A stretch of DNA of 63,377 nucleotides, filler included, from an uncultured Synergistales bacterium (GCA_937897575.1; 5 parts of 5 records of this genome joined end to end with filler, not necessarily neighbours in it); one strand, 5' to 3'; shown: positions 10,080-20,251, numbered from the whole stretch's first letter. A program made the numbers and translations. The notes: generated by a model from the sequence alone, not told the origin.

Positions 10080-10561
10080 TGCGCCGTCGGGGCCTCCCGG
10101 ACGGCGTCCTCCGCCTCGTCCCCCTCGAGCAGAGCTCCGTAGCGCGACAGCAGCGCACGGAACTCGGCGCGGAACTCCTGACGCATCTGCCGGAGACGCT
10201 GGATCTCCGTCCTGCCCCTATCCTTCGCCGACGAGGCCTCGAGGGTCAGCTGTTCGGCCTTGATCTTGGCCTCGGACAGGATGGCCTCGGCCTTCCGGGT
10301 GGCGGCCTCCTCCTTGCTGGCCGCGGACTGCTGGGCCATGAGCAGGGTTTCCTGCAACGTGTCCTTCATCTGGGCGTAGTCCTGGACCTGGTCCTCGAGG
10401 CGATCCACCTTCCGCTCGAGCTCGGCCGCCCGCAGCGAGTAGGTCTGGATGTCCTCGGCGATGCGGTCGAGAAACTCGTCCACCTCGTCCACGGAGTACC
10501 CCCGCATACTTCGGCCGAAGACCTTGTTCTCTATGTCCCGGGCCGTCACGAGCTCAGCCAC
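10076..10561 (-). CDS. divIVA: DivIVA-domain cell division protein
   Basis: RGYSVDEVDEFLD motif followed by coiled coil. Confidence 0.92.
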   Translation of the reverse strand: MAELVTARDIENKVFGRSMRGYSVDEVDEFLDRIAEDIQTYSLRAAELERKVDRLEDQVQDYAQMKDTLQETLLMAQQSAASKEEAATRKAEAILSEAKIKAEQLTLEASSAKDRGRTEIQRLRQMRQEFRAEFRALLSRYGALLEGDEAEDAVREAPTAQ

Positions 10562-10934
10562 GATTGTCCTCCTCCCATTCGTCGATCATGTTCTTCTTCG
10601 GCGCAGCGAGGAAGATGCCCCCCGCCACGCGGAGCACCTCGCCCCGGCAGGCGAAGGCAACCCCGCTGAGGAAATCGAGAAGGCTCTGGCCCGGCTCCTT
10701 GTCCATCCCCCGGAGGTCCAGGACCACCATCTTGCCCGCCCGGATCAGCTCGGCCAGCTCCTCTTTCCGTTCCTGACCCATCTTGCCCCGGACGATCACG
10801 AGCACCGCCTGACTCTGGACGCTGGCGGCCGGCCGGGCTTCCCGCTGCTCCTCGTCAGGGAACGAGGCTCCCTCGTGCTCCTCTCCCTCGTCGCTGCCGC
10901 CAAAACCAAGTAGCTCCTTGAATCGGTCCAGCAC
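10554..10934 (-). CDS. sepF: Cell division protein SepF
   Basis: VVLDL..LLDFLSG..GIFLAAP; position between yggS and divIVA. Confidence 0.85.
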   Translation of the reverse strand: MLDRFKELLGFGGSDEGEEHEGASFPDEEQREARPAASVQSQAVLVIVRGKMGQERKEELAELIRAGKMVVLDLRGMDKEPGQSLLDFLSGVAFACRGEVLRVAGGIFLAAPKKNMIDEWEEDNRG

Positions 10935-10963
10935 GTCTTTCCCCTCCAGTCAACGAAGTGTCG

Positions 10964-11659
10964 TCAGTTCCGTGCCCCGAACAGAGCCGTCCCGACGCGT
11001 ACCATGGTGCTTCCCTCCTCAACGGCCCACTCAAAATCGCCGCTCATCCCCATGGAGAGCTCCTTCAGGGGGATGGAGAACTCTTTTCTCGCCCCTTCGG
11101 CGAGGGTCCGGAGCAGGGCGAAGGCCCCGCGGACGGCCCGCTCGCCGCCCTCGAGGGGGCCTATGGTCATGAGCCCTTGGGGCGACAGGTTCGGACACTC
11201 GGCAAGGACACCCTCGAGCAGGGGGAAGAGGCCCTCGGGAGCGACGCCCTCCTTCGACGCCTCGCCCGAGGTGTTCACCTCGAGGAGGACGGGGAGGGAG
11301 CGTCCGCTCTCCTCCGCGACGCGCCCGAGGGTCCTCGCCAGCTCCAGGGAGTCCAGGGAGTCGACGGCGTCGACAGCCGGCAGGACCTTTCGGGCCTTGT
11401 TCCTCTGAAGGTGGCCGATGAGCCGCCACTCCGCGGACAGATCCGCCGGCCAGGCCTCCCTCTTGAGGAGGAGCTCCTGCACCCTGTTCTCGCCCAGAGC
11501 CCCGACGCCGCAGCGGACGGCCTCGGCCATCTCCTCCACCGTCCGGGTCTTCGTCACGGCCACGAGGAGCACATCCTCCGCCCGGCGGCCGCACCGCTCC
11601 GCCGCCGAGGCGATCCTCTCCCGCACCCGCTGGATATTCTCCTCTATCCTGCTCACCAT
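10964..11659 (-). CDS. yggS: YggS-family PLP homeostasis protein
   Basis: LVAVTK, GENRVQE, IGHLQRNK, LSMGMSGDF, VRVGTALFG. Confidence 0.96.
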   Translation of the reverse strand: MVSRIEENIQRVRERIASAAERCGRRAEDVLLVAVTKTRTVEEMAEAVRCGVGALGENRVQELLLKREAWPADLSAEWRLIGHLQRNKARKVLPAVDAVDSLDSLELARTLGRVAEESGRSLPVLLEVNTSGEASKEGVAPEGLFPLLEGVLAECPNLSPQGLMTIGPLEGGERAVRGAFALLRTLAEGARKEFSIPLKELSMGMSGDFEWAVEEGSTMVRVGTALFGARN

Positions 11660-12561
11660 AGGCGAATCTTCCCTTCCTTCCCCTTCTGGGCCTCGAGAAG
11701 CACCACATTGCCCGAGCTCAGCCCCGACGTGACGAAGAAGCGGTGCCCCTCCACGGGGAGCCCCTCCACGCTTCGGAACGTGACCACGTTGCCCTCCACC
11801 TGATAGACGCCGAGCTTGCCGTCGCGGTAGGTCACCGCCGTCTCCGGGACGGCGACGCCGCTTCGCTCGCCCCCCTCGAGGATCATGGAGAACCCCCTGC
11901 TGAGGGCCAGCTCGGGGGGGAAGAAGGGCAGCGTCAGATAGAGCCGCACCTTCTGCCCGACCGCCTCATGGACGCGCACGTCGGCCCGCTGGGGCCACTC
12001 TTTCTCCCTGAGGCGAACCCGGACGTACCCGGCCTTGATGTCCCGGAACAGCCCCGGCGTGCCGTCGGCGTAGAAGATCCCCCGAAGCTCCTGGGGCTGG
12101 AGGATCAGCTTGCCCACGGCGCCCCCCTTCTTCACGGCGCTCCCCGGCGCGATGGGGACGAAGGCCGGGACATCGGGCAGGGACGTCCTGTCGCTCCAGA
12201 AGGACGAGTAGTTCCACTTGCCCTCGGCGCCGTCGAGCCCGGCCACGAAGTACCCCACCCGGGGGGACTTCACGGCCATCTTCCCCGAGGGACCGCTCAC
12301 CACCGCAACGGTCTCCCCTTTGGCGACCCGCCTCGGCTCCGCCGAGGGGTAGGTCACCGTCCCGTCCCACCTGGAGGCGAGGCGCTCCTCCTGCCAGAAG
12401 AGGACGCCCCGGACGGGGAGGCGCTCGGTGTACACATATGGGGCGGCCGAGACGACCTGCGGGTTCAGGGACTCGTGCCGTTCCCACCAGAGAGCGTACA
12501 GCTTTATTGTACCAAGGGCAACGCCCAGAATGAGGGCGAAGTACACGATCCGTTTCAGCAC
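11653..12561 (-). CDS. Membrane-anchored HlyD/adaptor-like hypothetical protein
   Basis: N-terminal TM, lipoyl-like RVAKGETVA..VKSP motif, GVAVPETAV; overlaps the yggS start. Confidence 0.6.
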   Translation of the reverse strand: MLKRIVYFALILGVALGTIKLYALWWERHESLNPQVVSAAPYVYTERLPVRGVLFWQEERLASRWDGTVTYPSAEPRRVAKGETVAVVSGPSGKMAVKSPRVGYFVAGLDGAEGKWNYSSFWSDRTSLPDVPAFVPIAPGSAVKKGGAVGKLILQPQELRGIFYADGTPGLFRDIKAGYVRVRLREKEWPQRADVRVHEAVGQKVRLYLTLPFFPPELALSRGFSMILEGGERSGVAVPETAVTYRDGKLGVYQVEGNVVTFRSVEGLPVEGHRFFVTSGLSSGNVVLLEAQKGKEGKIRLW

Positions 12562-12623
12562 GGCGTACCTCCCGGCCTAGGCAACCGTTCCGCCGCCCGC
12601 CGGGCCCGAGGCCCCCGGAGCCA

Positions 12624-13469
12624 TCATGAGTCGACGCCGTCCTCCTGGGGTCCGGGGACGGCCTTGTCCCGCTCGAGGGATGCAAAGGCGTCGTGGTTGT
12701 GGATGCTCTCGTTGCTCGTGACCCGGATCCGGTACCACGTGATGCGCCGCTCCCCCTCGAGGGCCAGGGCCACCTCCCGCAGGACGTCCTCCACGAAGCG
12801 GGGCGTGTTGTAGGCCTGCTCGGTGACGAACTTCTCATCCTCCCGCTTCAGAAGGGTGTATACGGGGGCCGACGCGCTCCGCTCGGCGACCTCCACGAGC
12901 TCCTCGATCCAGACGAGCCCCTTCATGCGGACGGCGATCTCCACGTAGGCCCGCTGGTTGTGCGCCCCGCCCTCGGAGATCTCCTTGGAGCAGGGGCACA
13001 GGGTCTGGACCGGGACGACCACGGTGGTGACCAGGTCGAAGGTCTGCCCCTTGCTCGCGCTGAGGGACACGTCGTACCGCGTGTAGCTCTTCATCCCCGT
13101 CGCGGGGGCCTTCCGCATGATGAAGTAGGGGAAGGAGAAGACGATCTCCGCCTGTTCGGCCTCGAGGACGACGCGCAGGTTCTCGGCGATGTGCTCCAGG
13201 TTCGATATGGTGACCCGCCCCTGGAACTCGTCCAGGACCTCGATGAACCGGCTCATGTGGGTGCCCCGGTAGTCGTGGGGCAGGGAGACGGCCATGGTGA
13301 CCGTGGCCACGGTGTGCTGCGTCGCCTCCTTCTGGTCGAGCACCACGATGGGGTACGAGACGTTCGTCACGCCGACCCTGTCGATGGCCACCCTCCGGGT
13401 ATCCCTCTGGCTCTGCACGTCGGGGATGGGGCGCACCCCCCCGTCTTTCTTCTCCTGAAGGTCAGGCAT
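12624..13469 (-). CDS. folE2: GTP cyclohydrolase IB (FolE2)
   Basis: PDVQ, RGTHMSRF, TLCPCSK, GAHNQR, LKREDEK, ESIHNHDA. Confidence 0.96.
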   Translation of the reverse strand: MPDLQEKKDGGVRPIPDVQSQRDTRRVAIDRVGVTNVSYPIVVLDQKEATQHTVATVTMAVSLPHDYRGTHMSRFIEVLDEFQGRVTISNLEHIAENLRVVLEAEQAEIVFSFPYFIMRKAPATGMKSYTRYDVSLSASKGQTFDLVTTVVVPVQTLCPCSKEISEGGAHNQRAYVEIAVRMKGLVWIEELVEVAERSASAPVYTLLKREDEKFVTEQAYNTPRFVEDVLREVALALEGERRITWYRIRVTSNESIHNHDAFASLERDKAVPGPQEDGVDS

Positions 13470-13833
13470 GGGGCACGTCCTCCCGGCCGATGGTGACGCT
13501 GCTCGTCGCCGTCTCCCACACCGTGACCTCGAAGAGGGCGGCGTTGGGACGGCGCAGGGGCTCGTCCACCTGCCTCCACACCCATAGGGCGATGTTCTCC
13601 GCCGTGGGCTGGGGCAGGATGTCGTTCAGATAGCTGTGGTCGAGCTTCTCGATCACCTCTTTTTTCACGATTGCCGATGCCTCGCAGAAATCGAGGACCA
13701 TCCCCTCGTCGTCGGGCACGCCCCGCACGGTGACGGCCAGCCGGTAGGTGTGGCCGTGAAGCCGCTCGCACTTACCGTGGTACTCCGTGAGGTTGTGGGC
13801 GGCGTCGAAGGTGAACTCCTTGCGAAGAAGCAT
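13462..13833 (-). CDS. queD: 6-carboxytetrahydropterin synthase QueD
   Basis: FDAAH, CERLHGHTY, LDHSYLN, PTAENIA, WET. Confidence 0.93.
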   Translation of the reverse strand: MLLRKEFTFDAAHNLTEYHGKCERLHGHTYRLAVTVRGVPDDEGMVLDFCEASAIVKKEVIEKLDHSYLNDILPQPTAENIALWVWRQVDEPLRRPNAALFEVTVWETATSSVTIGREDVPHA

Positions 13834-14046
13834 GGCGCATCTCTCCCCTCTCGAAGGTGCTCTTTTCGTAGGCGGTATGAAGTTCCCTTCATTCTACACC
13901 ATTGAGGCCCGACCGTCCTCGGTCCCCGATTCCGCAGCCCTTATACTGCTATGCAGCACATTCTTATTTTTTAGCGCTTAGATATACGGAGTGATGCTCA
14001 AAAAGACGTAAAAATAATTTTTAAGCACGGAAAAAGACGATTTTCA

Positions 14047-14076
14047 TTGACAGAGAAAAGGCCGGTGTGCTATAAC
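14047..14076 (+). promoter_or_regulatory. Putative sigma70 promoter of glutamine synthetase
   Basis: TTGACA-N18-TATAAC with an extended -10 TG; AT-rich upstream region. Confidence 0.7.
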
Positions 14077-14128
14077 CTGTCATCATGTTCTCAATCGCCT
14101 CCGCAGGGGGCACGCTCAAAGGGGTTGA

Positions 14129-16252
14129 ATGAAGATGGCAGGGGAAGTTCTGTACGACAAGGCGCGGGATATCTTCGGGATGTACGTCTTTGATCGGCGG
14201 GCGATGAAGGAGCGGCTTCCGCAGCATATCTTCAACGAGCTCATGGCCTCCATCGAGGGGGGCCAGAAGCTCGAGCCGAACACGGCGGACATGGTCGCCT
14301 CGGCCATGAAGGAGTGGGCCCTTGCCAAGGGGGCGACCCATTGGACCCACTGGTTCCACCCCAGAACGGAGCTCACGGCGGAGAAGCACATGTCCTTCAT
14401 GTCCAAGGACGAGAACGGCATGCCCATCGAGTCCTTCAAGGGGAAGGAGCTCATCCAGAGCGAGCCCGACGCCTCGTCCCTCCCGTCGGGCGGGATCCGT
14501 TCCACCTTCGAGGCAAGGGGCTACAGCGCCTGGGACCCCTCGAGCCCGGCCTTCATCATGAAGAGCCGCAAGGGGGGGACGCTGTGCATCCCGTCGGTCT
14601 TCATCTCCTACGACGGCACGCCCCTGGACCTGAAGACCCCCCTCCTCAGGGCCGTGGAGGCCGTCGAGACGCGGGCCATGCGAATCCTGAAGCTCTTCGG
14701 CAACCGGGGCCTCAAGTGGGCCCACGTGACCATGGGCGCCGAGCAGGAGTTCTTCCTCATCGACAACGAGATGGCCAAGGGGCGTCCCGACATCAAGTAC
14801 TGCGGGCGGACGATCATCGGCGCGCCGTCGCCCAAGGGGCAGCAGATGGAGGACCACTACTTCGGCTCCATCCCCCACCGTGTCCTCGCCTTCATGGAGG
14901 ACGTGGAACGGGATCTCTACCGCCTCGGCGTGGTGATCAACACGCGGCATAACGAGACGGCCCCCTGCCAGTTCGAGTTCGCCCCCATGTTCGCCGACGC
15001 GAACCTGGCCTGCGACCAGAACCAGCAGATCATGGACGTCATGCGGAGGATGGCCCATCGCCACAACTTCTGCCTCCTCCTCCACGAGAAGCCCTTCGCG
15101 GGGCTCAACGGAAGCGGCAAGCACATGAACGTCTCCATCATGGACAGCGAGGGAAGGAACCTTCTCACCCCCTCGACGAACCACAGGAAGAACATCCAGT
15201 TCCTCACCTTCCTGGGGGCCATGATCCTCGGCTTTTCGCGATACAGCGGGTTGCTCCGGGCCGCCATCGCCTCGCCGGGGAACATCCACCGCCTCGGCGG
15301 CAACGAGGCGCCGCCCGCCATCATGAGCGTCTACCTGGGCTCCACCCTCACGAAGATTCTGGACGCCGTGGAGAAGGGACTGCCCGACGATCTGCCGGCC
15401 CAGGCCCTCATCGACCTCGGCATGAACAAGCTTCCCTCCCTCACGGTGGACAACTCGGACAGGAACAGGACCGCGCCGCTGGCCTTCACGGGAGACAAGA
15501 TGGAGTTCCGGGCGCCTGGCGCCCCCCAGTCCATCGCCGGCCCCCTCACCATGTTCCTCGCGGCCTGGGCCTGGGGCCTCGAACAGATGGCGGGGATCAT
15601 CGAGTCGAAGGGCTCCGATGCGGACATCCAGGAGGCGGCCTTGGACGCCGTGCGTCACGCGGCCGCCGAGAGCCGACCCCTCCGGTTCGAGGGAAACGCC
15701 TACAGCCAGGCGTGGCGCAAGGAGGCAAAGAAGCGCGGTCTCACCATAGCGAACAGCACGCCCGAAGCCCTGGACCTCTTCGTCGACCCCGAGTCGAAGA
15801 AGCTCCTCGCCAGCCTCGGCATCATGTCGGAGCGCGAGGTGACGGCCTATCGGGACATCCGCCTCGAGCAGTACGAGAAGACCGTGGAGATCGAGATGAC
15901 CGTTCTTCAGACCATGCTCTGGGAGGGCGTGCTCCCCGCCATCTCCCGCCAGATCGCCCTCGAGGGAGCGGCTCGCTGCGCCGTCGCCGGGGGGACGGAG
16001 ATGGGGACCTGGGACAACTATTTGGCACAGCTCTCCGGGCTCAAGATCGCCATCATGGACGCCTCCCGGGAGCTGGATGAGCTCAGGGACGGGCTCCACG
16101 CCCTCGGGGGGAAGGAGCGGGCCGCCGCCATCACCGAGAAGGGACTGCCCCTCTGCGCGACGATCCGGTCACTCTGCGACGCGGCCGAGAAGCTCATCGC
16201 CAGGGACATCTGGCCCTACCACACCTACACGGACCTGCTGACCATAGCCTGA
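14129..16252 (+). CDS. glnA: Glutamine synthetase type III
   Basis: 707 aa; AEKH, EPDASS, RSTFEARGY, HEKPFAGLNGSGKH, RLGGNEAPP, DRNRTAP. Confidence 0.95.
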   Translation: MKMAGEVLYDKARDIFGMYVFDRRAMKERLPQHIFNELMASIEGGQKLEPNTADMVASAMKEWALAKGATHWTHWFHPRTELTAEKHMSFMSKDENGMPIESFKGKELIQSEPDASSLPSGGIRSTFEARGYSAWDPSSPAFIMKSRKGGTLCIPSVFISYDGTPLDLKTPLLRAVEAVETRAMRILKLFGNRGLKWAHVTMGAEQEFFLIDNEMAKGRPDIKYCGRTIIGAPSPKGQQMEDHYFGSIPHRVLAFMEDVERDLYRLGVVINTRHNETAPCQFEFAPMFADANLACDQNQQIMDVMRRMAHRHNFCLLLHEKPFAGLNGSGKHMNVSIMDSEGRNLLTPSTNHRKNIQFLTFLGAMILGFSRYSGLLRAAIASPGNIHRLGGNEAPPAIMSVYLGSTLTKILDAVEKGLPDDLPAQALIDLGMNKLPSLTVDNSDRNRTAPLAFTGDKMEFRAPGAPQSIAGPLTMFLAAWAWGLEQMAGIIESKGSDADIQEAALDAVRHAAAESRPLRFEGNAYSQAWRKEAKKRGLTIANSTPEALDLFVDPESKKLLASLGIMSEREVTAYRDIRLEQYEKTVEIEMTVLQTMLWEGVLPAISRQIALEGAARCAVAGGTEMGTWDNYLAQLSGLKIAIMDASRELDELRDGLHALGGKERAAAITEKGLPLCATIRSLCDAAEKLIARDIWPYHTYTDLLTIA

Positions 16253-16254
16253 AC

Positions 16255-16294
16255 GAGATCGAGGCTCCGTCCCCCGGGACGGAGCCTCGATCTC
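16255..16294. terminator. Terminator hairpin between convergent genes
   Basis: 19-bp perfect inverted repeat GAGATCGAGGCTCCGTCCC/GGGACGGAGCCTCGATCTC. Confidence 0.75.
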
Positions 16295-16373
16295 TTCGTT
16301 TCCTCCATGCGCCCCCGCATTCGGCGATGCCGGGCGTCCGACCTGCGAGGAGCGTCATCTTGCTGCCGCTGCC

Positions 16374-17535
16374 CTATTCGTCGGCGTGGGCCTCCCTCAG
16401 AAAATCATGGAGCCCGGGGACGGCCCTGATGGAGCCGAGGCGGAAGTGAATCTCCCCCGCCACCTCGGGGGTGCGCCTGTTCAGGACCATCTGCCGCCGG
16501 ATCTCCTCGAGGCCGTACCAGGGGCTCCCGGACTTCGCGCCGACCATGCGGTAGTCCCCCATCCCGATGTAGAGCTTCACGTCCGTCCCCCGCACCACGC
16601 CGGCCCACCAGGAGAGCAGGACGGCATAGTCCGCCTTCTTGTGGCCGATCTCCCAGTAGAGCTGGGGGGCGATGTAGTCGATCCACCCCTCCAGGACCCA
16701 CCGCCGCGTGTCGGCGGAGTGCAGGAAGTAGGACTGGTTCCCCGCCGTGTCGCTCCCCGAGGGGAAGGTGCTCCTGTTGGCCCAGATGCCGAAGGGGCTG
16801 ATGCCGAAGGATATGTCGGGCCGGAGGGCATGGAGGCGCCGCCCCATGTCCCGGACCAGCAGGTTCACGTTCTCCCGCCGCCAGGACTCTTTGTCCCCTA
16901 TCCCGTCGGGGTTGTGCCGAATGAAGGACTCCTGGTCCTGAAAGCTCGTCCCCGGGTAGAAGTAGTCGTCCAGGTGGATGCCGTCCACGGGGTACTTCCC
17001 GGCGATCTCCAGGACCCCCTCGATCACCAGCTCCCGAACCTCGGGCACGCCGGGGTCGAAGTACCAGTTTCCGTCGGAGTGCTGCACCACGTACTCGGGG
17101 TGCAGCACGGCGGGGTGGGTGGGCGCGAGGCCGGCGTGGTCCTTCTCCCTGGTGATACGGTAGGGGTTGATCCATGCGTGGAGCTCGATCCCCCGGGCGT
17201 GGCTCTCGGTGACCCAGAAGTCCAGGGGGTCGAACCCGCCCTCGGGCTCCAGACCCTGGACTCCCGTGAGATACCGGCTCCAGGGGAAGATCGACGACGG
17301 GTACAGAGCGTCGGAACAGGGGCGCACCTGCAGGAAGACGGCGTTCATCCCCATGTCGAGGGCGTCGTCCAGGATGGCGGTGGCCTCGGCCTTCAAGACC
17401 TCGGGGTCCGTCGTCGGCGCCGACGGGTAGTCCAGGTTGAGCACCGTGGCGACCCAGAGGCCCCGAAGCGCTCCCTCGGCCGCGAGGGCGGAGGATGAAA
17501 GAAGAGCTACCAGACAGACCGTCAGGCAGAGCGCT
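16374..17535 (-). CDS. Secreted glycoside hydrolase-like protein (DUF187/YddW-like, GHL10), 5' end cut by the gap
   Basis: RGLWVATV.NLDYP, FLQVRP, LHAWINPYR, DGIHLDDYFYP, DYIAPQLYW; signal-peptide-like stretch next to the gap. Confidence 0.88.
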
Positions 17536-17635
17536 NNNNNNNNNNNNNNNNNNNNNNNNNNNNNNNNNNNNNNNNNNNNTTAATTAATTAANNNNNNNNN
17601 NNNNNNNNNNNNNNNNNNNNNNNNNNNNNNNNNNN
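17536..17635. other. Artificial contig spacer
   Basis: 100 nt of N with central TTAATTAATTAA. Confidence 0.98.
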
Positions 17636-17683
17636 TAAAATACCGTCAGGATATCGTCTCGATGCACTCCTGTCAAGGCGATA

Positions 17684-17821
17684 TCAGAATGCGGCCAGAA
17701 TGCCCTTGGCCCGGAGGCGGAAGGGGACCTCCCGCGTCTCCGGCGGAAGATGGTCCGAACGCTCCTGGGGCTGCAGGAGGACCTCTTCGATCTGGACCCA
17801 ACTGCCCTTTTGTACGGTCAT
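17684..17821 (-). pseudogene. ortA: N-terminal fragment resembling 2-amino-4-oxopentanoate thiolase alpha subunit, truncated by the duplication or an assembly artefact
   Basis: MTVQKGSWVQIEEVLLQPQERSDHLPPETREVPFRLRAKGIL resembles the OrtA N-terminus (from memory); SD GAAGGAG. Confidence 0.65.
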
Positions 17822-17867
17822 GGGCTCTCTCCTTCCTGTGTATGCGTGCACTGTGTAAAATACCGTC

Positions 17868-17896
17868 AGGATATCGTCTCGATGCACTCCTGTCAA
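17868..17896 (-). promoter_or_regulatory. Putative sigma70 promoter of the ortA-like gene
   Basis: TTGACA-N17-TATCCT, with GATATC motifs upstream of the -35 and over the -10. Confidence 0.6.
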
Positions 17897-17963
17897 GGCG
17901 ATATCAGAATTCTGCATCTATGTACAGTGCCCGGGGCCTCGAACGACCGGATTCGAGCGGCGG

Positions 17964-18728
17964 CTAGTAGTCCGCCCGGCCTCCGCTCACGTCGAAGGCC
18001 ATGCCGGTGATGAAGTCGACGGCCTCGGAGAGGGCCAGAAAGGCCACCATGTCGGCGACCTCCTCGGCCCGGCCAAGCCGGCCCAGGGGGATCTTCGCCG
18101 TGAAGTAGTCGATCTGGGACTGGGGCAGCCCCTCCAGCAGAGGCGTGTTGATGAGCGCCGGGCAGACGGCGTTGATCCGGATGTCGTACTGAAGGACGTC
18201 CTTCGCGGCGCTCTTGGTCAGGCCGAGCACCCCGTGCTTCGTCGCGCAGTAGGCGCCCTCCCTGGCGTTGCCCTCCTTGCCCGAGATGGAGGACATGTTG
18301 ACGATCCGCCCGTAGTTGCGCGCCACCATCCGCGGCAGGAGGGCCTTCATGGTGTAGAAGAGGCTGTCCATGTTCGTCCGGACAACGGTGTCCCACTCGT
18401 CGAGGGTCAGCTCCCACAGAGGTTTCGTCGCCTGGGGGATACCGGCGTTGTTGACGAGGATCGAGATGGGGCCGACCTCCTCCTCGATCCGGGCCACCGT
18501 CCGCTCCACATCGTCGTAGGAGCACACGTCGCACCGCACGTACCGGCATTGGACGCCATCGTCCCTCAGTCCCGCAAGCGCCCGCTCCGCGTGATCGCCC
18601 CCCTCGGGGTGCAGATCACCCAGAACGACCAGGACGCCCCGTTCACCCAATTTTCGCGCCGTGGCCATTCCGATTCCACCCGTGCCGCCCGTCACGAGGG
18701 CCACCAAAGTCCCCGAGTGCTCCGCCAT
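17964..18728 (-). CDS. SDR-family oxidoreductase (FabG-like)
   Basis: TGGTGGIG, NNAG, YCATK, INAVCP; start set by SD GGAGG. Confidence 0.92.
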   Translation of the reverse strand: MAEHSGTLVALVTGGTGGIGMATARKLGERGVLVVLGDLHPEGGDHAERALAGLRDDGVQCRYVRCDVCSYDDVERTVARIEEEVGPISILVNNAGIPQATKPLWELTLDEWDTVVRTNMDSLFYTMKALLPRMVARNYGRIVNMSSISGKEGNAREGAYCATKHGVLGLTKSAAKDVLQYDIRINAVCPALINTPLLEGLPQSQIDYFTAKIPLGRLGRAEEVADMVAFLALSEAVDFITGMAFDVSGGRADY

Positions 18729-18830
18729 GCTCCCGACCTCCCCATGTCCGTCGTCGGCGCGCCTCGACATCTCCGTCTTCGCGCCGCCCTCCCCGCATTA
18801 TAACAGGCTTGCAGTCCTCGTTCGATGGAC

Positions 18831-18865
18831 AAAAGAGAAGGCCCGGCAGGGCGAACCCTGCCGGG
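18831..18865 (-). terminator. Intrinsic terminator following the orphan tdh-like 3' end
   Basis: CCCGGCAGGG-TTCG-CCCTGCCGGG followed by CCTTCTCTTTT on the minus strand. Confidence 0.75.
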
Positions 18866-18892
18866 GCTTGATCTGCGACCGAAGAGGACGAA

Positions 18893-18934
18893 TTAACCCT
18901 TCCTGCCGAGGCGGTGCAGCATGTCCCTCGTCAT
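18893..18934 (-). pseudogene. Orphan copy of the last 13 codons plus stop of tdh
   Basis: MTRDMLHRLGRKG* versus tdh [13 protein letters not shown]; 17 identical bp and stop codon in the same register. Confidence 0.7.
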
Positions 18935-19060
18935 GGTACCGGCACAGGGGACTGATGCGCCTGGGTATTTCAGGCCCCCACAGAAGTTAGGAGCGGAACC
19001 TCTCCGTCCCTTCTGCAGGAGGGGAGGCCCCTGTCCGGTGGGGAGGCTTTTGGCGAGGAA

Positions 19061-20251
19061 TTATGCCTGAGAGGAAAGAGCTTCCATCGCCAGAACCGCG
19101 GAGCGGGCGAGCACGGCGGCCCCCACAGGGAGCGCGCTCTCGTCCGCGGTGAATCTCGGGCTGTGCCACGGGTATCGGGCGTCGATCGTCTCGTTGCGGA
19201 CCCCGAGCCAGAACATGCACCCCGGGACGATCTGCTGGAACAGGGCAAAATCCTCCCCTCCCATGGAGGGGACCGGGGAGACGACCCTCTCCGCCCCGAC
19301 GATGTCCTTTGCCGCCTGAACGCAGCAGCGGTAGGACAGCGGGTCGTTGAGCACAGCGGGGAGATCTCGCCGGATATCCACGTGGATCGGGCATCGGAAG
19401 GCCTCGGCCGTTCCTTGGGCGATCTCTCGTACCCTCTCGTGGAGAAGGTCCCGGGCCTCCGGGGAGAAGGAGCGGATCGTTCCGGTGAGAGCGATATGCT
19501 CCGGGATCACGTTGTTCGCCGCACCTCCGTGGATGGACCCGAAGGACAGGACGGCGGGCTCTTGGGGGTCCATGTTCCTGCTGACGATAGTCTGGAGGTT
19601 CATGATCAGGGAGGCCACGGCGGGGAAGGGGTCGTTGGATTCATGAGGGATCGCTCCGTGGGATCCCCTGCCCTGAACCGCAATCTTCAGAGTGTCGACG
19701 GCCGCCATCTGAGCCCCCTCCCGGACGGCGATGGAACCCGCCGGGTAGGAGGGGTGGTTGTGCAGCGCGAAGAGGATGTCTACCTTCGGGGAGGCCAGGG
19801 CACCGTCGAGGAGGAGGGTCTCCGCCCCCTTGTTGAGCTCTTCGGCGGGCTGAAAGAGGAGCACGACTCCGCCGGGGAGGAGTCCCTGTGCGGCGGCCTC
19901 CGAAAGCATCCTCGCCGCACCGAGGGCGCATGTCGTGTGTATGTCGTGACCGCAGGCGTGCATCTTTCCCGGGTACACAGAGGCAAAGGGAACGCCGGAC
20001 TCCTCCTCTATGGGGAGGGCGTCCATGTCAGCCCGGATCGCCGCCACAGGTGATCCGGCGACCCTTTTGAGAACGCCGTGGACCCCCGTCCCCCCGATGG
20101 GGCGGACGACGTACCCCCACTCCTCCAAGAACGAGGCCACCAGGGCGGATGTCCTCCGCTCCTCGAAGCTGAGCTCCGGATGGCTATGAATGTCCCTCCG
20201 AACCGTCACCAGCCAGTCGTACAGCTCTTCTGCTCTCTTGAGAAAGTCCAT
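19061..20251 (-). CDS. M20D-family amidohydrolase (hippurate hydrolase/AbgB-like)
   Basis: HPELSFEE, RADMDALP, MHACGHD, FQPAEE, MGGEDF, WHSPRF. Confidence 0.93.
   Translation of the reverse strand: MDFLKRAEELYDWLVTVRRDIHSHPELSFEERRTSALVASFLEEWGYVVRPIGGTGVHGVLKRVAGSPVAAIRADMDALPIEEESGVPFASVYPGKMHACGHDIHTTCALGAARMLSEAAAQGLLPGGVVLLFQPAEELNKGAETLLLDGALASPKVDILFALHNHPSYPAGSIAVREGAQMAAVDTLKIAVQGRGSHGAIPHESNDPFPAVASLIMNLQTIVSRNMDPQEPAVLSFGSIHGGAANNVIPEHIALTGTIRSFSPEARDLLHERVREIAQGTAEAFRCPIHVDIRRDLPAVLNDPLSYRCCVQAAKDIVGAERVVSPVPSMGGEDFALFQQIVPGCMFWLGVRNETIDARYPWHSPRFTADESALPVGAAVLARSAVLAMEALSSQA

Larger units (their letters stand above)
17636..17910. repeat. Exact 55-bp direct repeat (17636-17690 and 17856-17910)
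   Basis: TAAAATACCGTCAGGATATCGTCTCGATGCACTCCTGTCAAGGCGATATCAGAAT occurs twice, 220 bp apart. Confidence 0.95.

Noticed and set aside
13834..13905. preQ1 riboswitch upstream of queD
   Set aside because: A small hairpin and short A tract are present, but no recognisable preQ1 consensus
17536..17635. TTAATTAATTAA inside N runs, repeated four times
   Set aside because: Artificial all-frame-stop linker between contigs; not biological
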